NCBI GenBank assembly: GCA_977030845.1
Contig: OZ365110.1
Coordinates: 992,001-1,056,000, forward strand
Direction: 5' to 3'
DNA: 64,000 nt
DNA from: Fimbriosthenelais zetlandica
Taxonomy: Eukaryota
Of this stretch, positions 26,621 through 43,590 are shown piece by piece. The first letter of the stretch is position 1. Each line of letters begins with the position of its first letter. The notes beneath the pieces are model-generated. The model made no database searches, was not told the origin of the DNA, and saw nothing but the letters and a program-made list of their open reading frames with translations. Made by a program: the position numbers and the translations under genes.

Positions 26621-27895
26621 CTAAGACTTGTCTTGTGTCTTCTCTCTCCGCGCATCCAGCAATGTGAGGGTAGGGAGGCCGGTGGGGAGACCTATCAAAT
26701 CGACCTCCTCATTCAAAACGTTACGGGCTTCAACTGTAAAAAATAAAATAATGTATTCATTCATTCTATATAATATCATTTACATCAAGAACATGAAATA
26801 ATTTAATATGGTACCAAGAAGACATCCGATAATGACAAATGTCCACATGAGGAAATGTCCAGTCATTTCAGAATGACAGTAGGTGTATTATAATATTTAG
26901 GAATTATTATAAAGTTTACCTTGCATTCTGTGAAGTTTTGAACCATAAGCCAGGTCATAATAATAGGCGCCGACAAAGCCGAGAGGCAGGAGAGGGACGA
27001 GGCCAACGGTCGACCGTGTCTTCATGAACCTGGTAAGATGATGGGTCAAATGTTAGATCACCATGGAACATTATTTTCAATTTGAAGTATATATTATATT
27101 ATGAGAAGCCAGGTCCTATGTTTACACCCAATTTTTAATAAATCATTCAGCGAATATCCCTGCCAAAGCAATTAATTCTGAAACAATTCCAAACACAAGA
27201 TTTTATTTTTATGTTTAGCATATGTGATGGGCGATTGAATTTTAAAAGTGATTATATCAAAACGTATTTAAGGATAAGCCATGTTAAAGATTGACAAACA
27301 GAAGTGATTTGTACTTGGCTGTGCCGAGCACGCCCACCGTGCTGAAGAAGGCGGCCCACCAGGTGAAGAGGTCACGACCCCGCGCCACCTGCATGGCCAT
27401 GGCCTGCTCCCGCATGTAGTTCTGCATGTGAAGCTGGCGCTCAAACTAAAACCAAAAAAACAGACCATTAAAAACCACTGGACGATAAAGGACAATGGTG
27501 AATATTGTAAGATGAAGGGGCGGGGTGGGGAGAAGTGGTTTACTGTTAGAAAAGGTCACTAGTCACAGGTTGATCCAAATTATGCTACAAACAAATTTTG
27601 ATACAATATAATATTAATTTATGAATCTTATAAGTTTACTCTGTGTATGCATCAATAAGTGATATTCCATTCCAGCTCATTCCACAAATCTGGCCTCAAA
27701 CTGTAGACTAATGGAATTTATGGGTTTTATTAATGGGTATTATTCCTTTTATTGTTAGATATATACATTATATTAACTGATATATTGACATGTATATAAG
27801 ATGAATACACGCACCATGGTCTGCTGGTTAGACACCATGAAGTCCTGTGTCTTCTTGGTTTGTGTGTCTACAATAGAACTCACGTAGCTCCCCAT
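26621..27895 (-). CDS. PLGRKT: Plasminogen receptor (KT) homologue, 4 coding exons, 144 aa
   Basis: Exons 27815-27895, 27315-27445, 26920-27029, 26621-26733; Kozak GCCACCATGG. Protein MGSYVSS..QDFMVSNQQTMFERQLHMQNYMREQAMAMQVARGRDLF..LVPLLPLGFVGAYYYDLAYGSKLHRMQVEARNVL..LP.GL matches the C9orf46/PLGRKT family. A non-coding first exon ends at a donor at about 28881-28886. Confidence 0.88.
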
Positions 27896-28886
27896 GGTGG
27901 CAGACTCAGTACCGGGTACTAAATCTGAAATTACACAATACACAGATATTACTTATATTATTACACAAATTGTCATTTAGTTTTTAACAAATTAAAAGTA
28001 GGCATAGCCTTATACATGTATAAATTATGATCTGTATTCTTTTTCTTATATCGGTATTTTTTTGAATTTATTTTCTTTTGCTCTCAGTGAATATCTAAAT
28101 TGGTAGCAAAATGCTGAATATTATTTTCATTCCAATGTTTAAATGGTGTAAACCTGGATAATAATTATCCCCAGCACTTTAATTGCCTCTCTGAGTCTGA
28201 GTCTATCATTAATAAATCATGTATGAACATTAGACTGAAGCAGAACAGTCTGCCAACAAAAACAAATGTATTGTTTCCGGTTCTGATCATTCAGACTTCA
28301 GTGACTATATGATGGAAAACTTTTTCATTTGAAAAACAATTGTTTTCCAACTGTGTGTGGGGGGATTGGTGCTATTATATATGGACCGGGTGTATTCAGA
28401 GATCAACAACATGGCGCTAGATAAACAAGTCAGGTAGGAGCTGGAGATTTTCAGGGTCAGACTAGACTTTATAAATTATATTATATTCAGCTGGGCCTGG
28501 GGCATTAACAAATTGGCATTGTTATAATTTGTAGGTAGGCCTATATTGTGTGACGAAGAAGGCAGTATGGCGGATAAATAATGGTTATGTTCTGAATATT
28601 TGTAGATCTTTGTACATCTGTCTATGCTACATTAAAATACAGAAGGAAAACGTCTCACAGGAGACTAAGTTTGACATTTATTGTTTACTTTGTGTGACAT
28701 TGATTCTCTCTCCCACCAAAACAAGGAGACAGGTCACTCAGAGAGACAGAGATTAAATAAAGTCCTCCATCTACAAAAACTAACAAAACCAGTCCAAGAT
28801 TATCTATAGATGATGCCCTCTCCATGTACCCCGTGGTCATGCGATGACATTAAAGTAATCATGGTAAACGGAGGTAGAATACTCAC

Positions 28887-29125
28887 TGTATTTCGCGTGT
28901 TCTGACTCCGTCTTCTCAGCCACAAGTCACTGGTACCGGAAGTAGGTGCGGTGAGGGAGGAATATTAACCAATCAGCGGCCAGTATTATAGATCACCAGG
29001 TGCGGGCCTGTCATGTTTACAAATGGCGGCCACGGGAGCAGCCAGGCGATCATTCTGACATTCTACAAGTGATCTCAGGCCCTATACAGCTTTAATAGAC
29101 CATTCAGGATTTATCTTTACACATC
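28887..29125. promoter_or_regulatory. Bidirectional promoter PLGRKT/IQANK1
   Basis: The PLGRKT non-coding exon donor is about 240 bp from the IQANK1 ATG. CCGGAAGT (ETS-type) about 28936, CCAAT about 28969, AAATGGCGGC about 29021. Confidence 0.6.
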
Positions 29126-34231
<5,106 letters not shown>

Positions 34232-35020
34232 TATAAACTTACCCTATCAGGGTCCACATTCCTATAGACTGATATAAACTTACCCTATCAGGGTCCACAT
34301 TCCTATAGACTGATATAAACTTACCCTATCAGGGTCCACATTCCTATAGACTGATACACCAAAAATACAGTTAAAACTAGTGTTTTCCCTGTTTGATTTT
34401 TCTGATATTAAAATATTTAATATAAATTATAACCGCCATGCTACATGTGTATAGTATGTATACTCAGGAAGGGGAGATAACAGTAAAATCATCCTGTATT
34501 GTACAGCTGCTAAGTAAGTTTTATATTATTATCCCACCCTGCAGTGTCATATGAGAGTGCCATACGGCAGTGCCATATGCACGGGCCATGACGTATATAT
34601 AATGTATAGTATTAGACTTTATTAGTAAGATTCAGTTTTGTTTAGTAAGACAAGTATAGTTTTTTATGATGTCCACGTGAGTCATGTATTGGTATACGCG
34701 GCTCAAATCAAAATGTAATTGACATTCAATAAAACAAAAAATAAGTAATACTTGTGCGTTACCAGTATCTGACAACCATACCAAGTAACATCCCCCCCCC
34801 CCCCCCCCCGCTGAAAAAAGAAAAGAATGTGCCTATGAATCAAGTCCCAAAATATATTAAAAAGGCAATAATATGGATAGAAACCAATGAATGGGCGGTC
34901 GGGTTGTACTTGTGACACAAGTTGTGTGATGGGTCGGACGGGGGCGGGGCTGAACAGGGGGCTATAAAAGTAACGGTATATCACGCGGGCGCGACTCAAC
35001 AATTATAAAACCTAATGAAC

Positions 35021-35347
35021 TGATACAGACAGACACACACAAAACCCCAGTAACAACCTCCACTACTGACACAAAGTAACAATGAGACAAACACAGAAAA
35101 CATTCAACTCACGGTGTCAGTTCACGCCGGCGGCAGCCATGTTTGTTATTGTGAAGAAGCGGAAAACACAGCAGCGGCTGAAACTATCCTCACTGTAACC
35201 CGTTACAACGGGAGAAAGATGGAGTAGGTCATGTTTAGTTGAGGCGAGCGCCGCGTGGTGGACTCATGACTGTCATGGCGGACATGAGCAGATATCGATC
35301 ATTCTGACGAGAGAAAAACACACATTATTAGAGATTCTAGCGTGGAT
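35021..35347. repeat. Non-coding block duplicated at 38373-38700
   Basis: Near-identical about 320-bp segments upstream of both CaKB-like paralogues, offset about 3352 bp. Confidence 0.9.
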
Positions 35348-36097
35348 TACATTCCCAAAATAAATACAGACTTCATTCTGAACATTTGTCAATTTTGTGT
35401 GGAGTTTTAGTAGGTTATATGGATGTGAGAGCAGTTTGACTGGCTATAACTGAGTTTCAGACCAGGCGAGCAAGTCTAAACAAGTGAGTGACTCATCTGT
35501 GACCCTCTGTTCAACTCTTCCGGTAACGCCTAACAGCCAAACAGCTGGGTGGAACCTGTGTAACCTGACATAACCCTACAAGATAACTTAGAAGGAGCTG
35601 ATCATATATTCTAATCTGACCCAGTTTGACTGAGACGGACTCAAACTCCAGATTAAAGCAAGGAGCAGCTCAACGCATTCAGGTAGGCCTAGGCCTTATT
35701 CTATTACGGTACAAAATAATTAATATAAATTAAAAAACAATTGATGCGATGTTTTCAGTGCATTTTTATATGTCATATTTGTATGGGACCATCTTGTTAA
35801 TTCTTTTAAAAATTATAGATATAAAAAGTAATAGGCTAAATTTAAAAAATATATTTTGATATTCCGTTTTAGCATTATAAGTGATAATTGATAATTGTTT
35901 TAAAAATTATATATACAAATTCTATCCCATTTTTTCGCCATTGCAGCAACCCTGTTGCAATTTACTTAAATTATTTAATTGGAATTACTATAATTATTTA
36001 ATTGGAATTACTATAATTATTTAATTGGACTCTCTCTCTCTATAATTATACATTTAGTAGAGCCTGGTACCGTCCCTATCTGTCAGTATAAACCAGG

Positions 36098-37303
36098 ATG
36101 GGTGAGAGGTTGGCATCTTGCCCGTGTTGTCCCTGCTTCCCGTGCTGCCGTCTGTGGAGCGCGGACCAGGAGAGAGCGGCCACTGATAACATCAGAGCTA
36201 ACTCTAAACGCCGCCTGGTGGGGCGGTGGGTGGCCTGCCCCCGGACTTGCTACAACCGACACTGTGTCCAGAAGATCTACATCTCCCTGCTCTCCCCGTC
36301 ATTCTCTTCATTGTGTTCTTTATCTGTGGGTTCCCCATCTGGCCCGTGTCTGGGGTGAGCCTACACCAGGCTGAGTGTCGTGTGGTGGGTGTGGTACATA
36401 ATCAGACAGCTCTGTGTGGGTATGGCGGCGAGGCGGGGGAGATCACTGACTGGAAGGACTACCCGTGTCTCCGTGTATTAGTTAATTACAGGCTAATTAA
36501 CGATGATCGCAGCCATCATGCTCTACTCCAGGACGAGTATGACCACATGAGGGTTTCGGAGCCAGAGGTAAAGATCGAATCTTCTTTTCTTTTTTTAAAA
36601 TTAATGTTTCGTAGCATTAGGCCTACAACTTTAATGTTGTAAGTTCACTTTCAACAATGCTATTTAGGTTAGAGTTTTAATATGATTATTTAAAATAATT
36701 CCTTTAAAATAAATGTACATTTTTACGGTACCTTTCCTTTAAAATGTATATATATTTACGGTACCTTTCCTTCAACATTTTATATATTTTTACGGTACAT
36801 TTCATTTAAAATAAATATAATCATTTTTTTTTCAGCGTCGGCAGTGCACATACCACCCCATCCTGTGTTCTCAGCTTAACGATATCAACATCAATGATAA
36901 GATAGATTATTACGAGGGTGCGGGACGTAATGCCAGCATGACGTGCTACTATACCCGGGACGCGCGTCACGTGGTCTTTATGAGTGACGTCATCAATGAC
37001 GCGCGCGGGGGTGACGTCAGCATGATGATCGTGAGTGTAGTCTGTATCACGGGTATCATACTCGTGCTGGTTCTCGTTACGTTCTGTATCTGTGGCTGTG
37101 ATTACGTCTGTGTGAAGGACGTACCTACAGAGATTACAGATTACATACAGGCACAGAATGACGGTAACTTGATAAATAAACCCGCGGGTCCCACCCAGGC
37201 CGGGGCCCAGGCGGGGGCCCAGGCGGGGGCCCAGGCGCCATCCCCGCCCCCAGCCTACGAGGAGAAGGAGAAACCCGTAGATGAAAAAACACAGCTCGCC
37301 TAG
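36098..37303 (+). pseudogene. BK-channel beta-subunit (CaKB/KCNMB/TipE)-like paralogue A, frameshifted in this assembly
   Basis: Exons 36098-36567 and 36836-37303 total 938 nt (not a multiple of 3). The frame switches near 36289, between IYISL and ALPVILFIVFF. Otherwise it is colinear with paralogue B: two TM helices, Cys-rich loop, PPPAYEE. It could be a real lesion or an assembly indel. Confidence 0.7.
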
Positions 37304-37570
37304 ATCAGAGATTAGGCGAGCTTTACTCGCCTAGATCAGAGATTAGGTGAGCTTTACTCGCGTAGATCAGAGATTAGGCGAGCTTTACTCGCCTAGATCA
37401 GAGATTAGGTGACCTGTACTCGCCTAGATCAGAGATTAGGCGAGCTTTACTCGCCTAGATCAGAGATTAGGTGACCTGTACTCGCCCAGATCAGAGATTA
37501 GGCGAGCTTTACTCGCCCAGATCAGAGATTAGGCGAGCTTTACTCGCCCAGATCAGAGATTAGGTGACCT
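37292..37570 (+). repeat. 31-bp palindromic repeat, about 9 copies, spanning the paralogue A stop codon
   Basis: actcgccTAGatcagagattaggcgagcttt; ctcgccta/taggcgag inverted pair. Confidence 0.93.
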
Positions 37571-39466
37571 GTAGGCGAGCGACCCACTACAAAAAACGCT
37601 TATAATAAGGCTTACTGTATCTGTGTCTATCCGCTTCACTAGATGATAATATGCACAATAATATAAGAGAGTGATAGCTGGCTTCTCCCTAAAAACACTG
37701 CTTTAAGAATCATATAATATAAAGTAATGATACTAGCAACTCACAAAGTAAGGTATAGATGTGTACTAGTCATCTTGCCATCTCAGACTCAGGGTGAAAA
37801 CACAGTGGACTAATGGCAGCATTATTTGGTTTTATATTTTTATGCCTCTCACTTTTAGAGTTGAGTCATGGCTGGCCTTTGATATCACATCGCGACCACG
37901 TGCACTGTTTAATGACGTGCCTTACTCCTGTTACTGTATAATATTAACTTGTTATGGTCGGTGACACCGTATAGCAAAGGAAGGAAGAGAGAACAATATT
38001 TTATATTCACAACATAGCCTTATTTCATGTCTCTAGTGTCGACCTTCATTATTTATTGGCCTACACTTTTGCTGGTTGTAAAAGGACAATAGCAACTTTG
38101 GAGAATATTTGGGGAATTGACCCACAACTCGCAAGAAGAAATGGATCAAACAGCCTTCAGATTGTGGCTATCGCCAGGCCTACCAGTACCACCAACCCTT
38201 CCTTACATAACGCCATAATGGATATTCCCTGCTCCTGCCCCTGCCCCTGCCCAACCCCTGGAACACGCCCCTTCAACTTTCCAATGAATGATGAAGGATC
38301 CAGCGCGCAGTGGATGTGTTATGTCTTGTAGAGGCGTGCCTTCTCTGAGTGCGGGGCTAAAATCACTCTGACTGATACAGACAGACACACACAAAACCCG
38401 AGTAACAACCTCCACTACTGACACAAAGTAACAATGAGACAAACACAGAAAACATTCAACTCACGCTCTCTGCTTCACGCCGGTGGCGGCCATGTTTATT
38501 ATTGTGTAGAAGAGGTAAAACACAGCAGCGGCTGAAACGTCGCGGCGTGTAACCCGTTATAACGGGTTTAGTTGAGGTGAGCGCCGCGTGGTGGACTCAT
38601 GACTGTCATGGCGGACATGAGCAGATATCGATCATTCTGACCGGAGAAAAACACAGATTATCACTCAATATCAAGCTTTATTAGCGATCCTAGCGTGGAT
38701 GTCATCCCTACTCGCCATCTAGATGTGATTGTGATGGTTTGTGACGAGTGTTAGGTGTTTATTTATCAGTGAGAGCTGATTTACTGACTGTATCCGGGAG
38801 TGAGGGAGAGCGAGTGACTCACTCCAACCTGATCCTGCCTCAGCCTCAGTACCAGAATAACCATCAGACAGAGTCAGCATCTCTACACATCAGGTAGGTG
38901 CTATAGGCTACAGTCATATTTAGATATAATACTGATAATACCGACTATATTCGTCTACAACAACCGCAGGTGTGGATTAAATATTAGATTTCTAGGAGAA
39001 TTTTTAGTTGACATTCCTCCATCACTTCATGTCAGTGACAGTGTCAAAAATCTATTATATTATAGATCTTTGTCTGTAGCTTGAGGCCTATTTACCTTAG
39101 AATACTAAGAGAGAATAGAGTTTCCATCTCTACTAAAGTGGGGTAAGGGTAGGTTATACTGGCTACATTTCCCTGTAGTCAGGTTTGGCTGTCATATACT
39201 GAGATCCCTCCTGTAGGCCCCTATATCATTAACATATTCCAATATTTTTACAATATTTTTAATCTAAATATTTCTAATATTAACAATATAAGAGTAAGAG
39301 TAACAGAGTAAGCGTTGGATATGATTTTTTGTCTGTTTATAGACATTATTATAGCTTACAATTATATTTATAATATATCCCAATCTTGACTTTTATATGC
39401 CTCATATATAATATCCATGACTTGATTATTCTGCGCCTCCTGTTTTTCAGGACGTTAGTAACCAGT

Positions 39467-40471
39467 ATGAGTGAGGATCCCTGTGCCTGTTGCCCGTGTT
39501 GCCCGTGTTGTGAGCCGTGGAGCCGGGAACAGGAGAGAGCGGCCACAGATAACATCAAGATGAACTCTAAACACCGCCTGGTGGGTCGGTGGGTGGCGTG
39601 CCCCCGGACCTGCTACAATAGACACACGCTACAGAAGATCTACATCACGCTGGGCGTGGCTCTCATCATCCTGGCTCTCGTCGTCATCTTTTATTTCTGT
39701 GTTTTCTACACACCCACCGTGTACCTGGAGCGGTTTGAGGTGACTGAATGTCGCGTGGATGATGTAGAATATAACCACACAGCGACATGTACCTTCACCA
39801 CTGATGACGAGACCCACTATCGTCACTTCACGTGTCTACGAGTGTTCGTGAATTACACTCTCAATAACGATACCTACCACTCCCTCATCTACGATGATTA
39901 TGGATCTCTCTTCAACCCCATGGGTCGGAAATGCTCATATCGCCCGTCAAACTGTCGCGAGACTGGCGATATGAACCGGGAGATCAACCCTAAGATAGAT
40001 TACTATAGCGGCGAGGGGCGTAACGCCAGCCTGGCGTGCTACTATAACCCGGGCGTACCGTCTGAGCTGGTGATGGAGAACCATATCGGTGTCTCGGGGT
40101 TTGATGTGAGGAAGGTTCTGGGTATCATGGTATGTGTTACCGTGTCCATCATCGTTACTCTACTCATCACCTACCTCATCTGTGGGTGTGATTTTGTGTG
40201 TATGAGTGACGTACCTGATGAGATCAGGGATTACGTTGATACGTCTCAGGGTGAGCAGCTCGCCCGTCATAAGACGACATTATACACAGCGGGTCCCATA
40301 CAGATCCCCACCCGAGCTGAGGCGCACGAACTACAACCACTCGGTACTGATCCTCTAGCCTGGCACCGGGGGGCAGTGCCCCCTCCTACAGCCCCCCCGG
40401 TACCTATAATTATACCACGTGATCCCAGCCCCCCGCCCGCGTATGAGGAGAAACCAGGACATTCAGCTTAA
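39467..40471 (+). CDS. BK-channel beta-subunit (CaKB/KCNMB/TipE)-like paralogue B, 334 aa, CDS intronless
   Basis: Acceptor at 39450, ATG at 39467. Cys-rich N-terminus (CPCCPCC), TM1, loop with the family Cys pattern (TECRV..TCLRVFVNY..LIYDD..KCSYRP..C..ACYY..ELVM), TM2, Pro-rich tail with a PPxY motif (PPPAY). Confidence 0.8.
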   Translation: MSEDPCACCPCCPCCEPWSREQERAATDNIKMNSKHRLVGRWVACPRTCYNRHTLQKIYITLGVALIILALVVIFYFCVFYTPTVYLERFEVTECRVDDVEYNHTATCTFTTDDETHYRHFTCLRVFVNYTLNNDTYHSLIYDDYGSLFNPMGRKCSYRPSNCRETGDMNREINPKIDYYSGEGRNASLACYYNPGVPSELVMENHIGVSGFDVRKVLGIMVCVTVSIIVTLLITYLICGCDFVCMSDVPDEIRDYVDTSQGEQLARHKTTLYTAGPIQIPTRAEAHELQPLGTDPLAWHRGAVPPPTAPPVPIIIPRDPSPPPAYEEKPGHSA

Positions 40472-43400
40472 CGCCTTATTCTCTCGCCTAAATCAATATT
40501 TGGTCAAGATGGCGCTCAAGAACAATCGCTCGACTCACCCTGCAAACAAGGTCAAGATATAAAATATATAAAGTCATGATTCAAGCAAAGCACAAAGTAA
40601 ATTATTCAGGCGAACCTGAAACAAAAATCAGAAACTAAGTCAGGAACGATGATTCAAATCAATTAGAATCAAGAAAAGCATGGAAAATATGCCATATCTT
40701 GATCTATGATCGTCTACTCTACTATTCTCTTCACTTTTCTCTCAACTAAACTGTTTCTTTAGACTATAGCTCTAACAGCTCACTTATAACGATGCCAATC
40801 AATCCCGATCTGTCCACATTTATATCACCTCCCTCCTCACGGTGTTGGTGTCTTGTATAATAAATATTATAGAGAAATAATCTGCACAGAAGTTTATAGA
40901 CATTAACTCAGGAGAAGTCTCCAACAAAACTGACGATACTCTCAAAATGTAGGAATTATTTTGCCTAATCTAGAATTAGAAAAGTACACTGTACATAGGT
41001 GTACATGTAATTTCTAATGAGGACGACGGAAGAACAAGGAACGATTTGTTCATAGATACATGTACTCAGACTTTTAGAGATGGAGAGAAGCTGTTACCCG
41101 CTTTTACATGTTCGTCAATTTTGACAATATTTACTCATATAAAAGTTTAGATCAGTGTGAAGTAATTATAAATATATTATTAATAATATTTATTAATATA
41201 TTATATATTCTATGCTGAGTTTTAGTGGTGGTGGGGAGATGCAGTAACTAGATCTGAAGAGTGAAGCTAATATTTTACTTCAACTCAGTCCAAATATTAA
41301 AGTTTGTGTAGTGGAAAAAGTTTGAGATTTATTGCCATTTTGTGCCAGTTTGGAGCATTTATTGAAGGGTTTTGTGTGATCTGTGATAGCTATATTGCTT
41401 TTGATATTAATATGAATATATACATGTATATTGTAATAAGATTTGGGGACACCATGCCAGACTGACAAAGTGTTCATTGAGATGACATATAGATTTGTTG
41501 TATCCAGGGTTTTACCGTGTTCTATGATTGTAGAATACTCAGTGAGTTAGAACAGTACCTCATACCCGTCTACTGTAGTCTGAGTGTTTAACTTCAAACT
41601 TAGAGCTGACCTATATCAGTTTGACTAAGATTCTAGGTCTGGCATTGCCTGGGACAATTTGGGAAATCTTTTTTTGGTGTTAATATATTGAAATCACATC
41701 TGAACCAGAAGCATACATGAACAGTGATAGAGCCGCTTTAAGAAAATTATACTAGTGAATATTAGACTCGGACCTGCTGCTTTCTATTGTTAGATCATTA
41801 GTCATTATAACTAATTAATATCAACAAGTGTAGACTTAAAACGATGGTCGATAGTCCATTGTGCTGAACAGACTGCTTTAATTTAAGTGATGTAAGCCAG
41901 GTTAGTTCATTCTGTGCCAATAGATGATGGATATCATACCCTCAGCCTTAGTCTGGTGACAGTTTTGGTGCTTACTGGGTACACAAGCCTACATGTGGTT
42001 ATATTGTAGGCCTACAGCAGGCCTACATGTGGTTATATTGTAGGCCTACCCCAGGCCTACCATGTGATTTACAGGTTAAATTGTGACAAACAATGGAGTT
42101 ATCTGCTTATCAATGGTATTCATGTAACTATTAATCATTTGAATTAACTTATAGGCCTGCCTTGAGGCTTAGTTGTCTATGTTAGATATTAAGCCAGCGA
42201 CCTCGCTTCCCAAGTAAACTTTGCCAGCTTCTAAGATACCATAACTCATCACCGATATTATTATATGATATTTAGATGAAACTAAGTCATAAAACATGCA
42301 GCTCTTTATATGCAAGCCTTTCATCGTTCAACCTTGAAGTATTTTTGACATATTTTCTATTTTACATCATTTTTATCAACTATTTTGTATTCTGCCTCAT
42401 CAGTTACTGCTCTAATAAAGTGTTCTCTAGGCTTTACTTGATTCTGTGTGTTTTCTTTATTACAAATGTGGTAAAATATAAAAATAAACATTCCTATACC
42501 AAAATGAAACATTTCTATACCAAAATGAAACACTTCTATACCAAAATGAAACATTTCTATACCAAGTCACCAACCTATACTGGTCTAACTATAGGAGACT
42601 TCACACAAAACATGACACAAGCCGTGAGTTACCATGATACTCTCTAACATGCGTTTATTGAGTTACTGAGTTTAAGTGAGTTACTCTAATCGTCATCTTG
42701 TGAAGATGAGTGACAGGAATACTCTACTGTACACAGACTCCTTGAAGGATATCTTTACTTTGGCTTAATTCTCAGATATGAATAATCAAGCAGAAAGTAT
42801 TGCTTAGTATTCAGAGTGAAGTCCCAGTCTTTGCTAGTATTCGGTAACAGTGCCGAGTGACTGGAGTGATCTGGTGAAATTATCAAACACCACGCATGAC
42901 TGGTGATTTTAGAAGAAGGCTGGAGATTACATTTAAAGATGAATTGTCACTCAGTGACATTCAGGCCTGTAAACATGAGAGTTTGACTAGATTCTCTATC
43001 ACAGATTCCCACTTAAACCTCTGACCCACTGAACCAATAGACCTTACAACATCTTAATTATCTCACTAAAACTTTAAAGTATAGAGATCTCTAAAGTATA
43101 AAGTACTGTGGTCCACAGTTAACTCACAACCACATTTAAGATCTTTGGGATATCTTAACAGCCATTTAAAGTCCCTAAGACATCAGTGGATCAAGTAGAA
43201 TAATAAATATGAGAAGCGTGGCCATATAAAACTGAAAATAGATCATATATATTACACTATCATACATTAGTGGACACTCTAACTGAGGGACATTATTGAT
43301 GAGTACATCACTACATTGTATATATACAAATTAAATATCCACGGACACTCAAACCTAATTACATTTTCTCATAATTACACCAGAATTCTATACAATTTCC

Positions 43401-43590
43401 CATCAAACAGACTCAAATCTAAATATAATAATTATATATTCAATAATTTTTCATATGCTCAAACATTCAAACCTAGAAATAATCTAAAAATGTACAAATC
43501 CTCTCATACTTTGAGCTTCGTTGCTGCCGGTTTCCATGGTAACCAATCTGACATAAACTCCCTGATTTATCTGTAGTTTTTAGTAAGCTC

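Noticed and set aside
37292-37570. CRISPR-like palindromic direct repeats
   Set aside because: There are no unique spacers or cas genes, and the context is eukaryotic. The same holds for all other arrays in the window.
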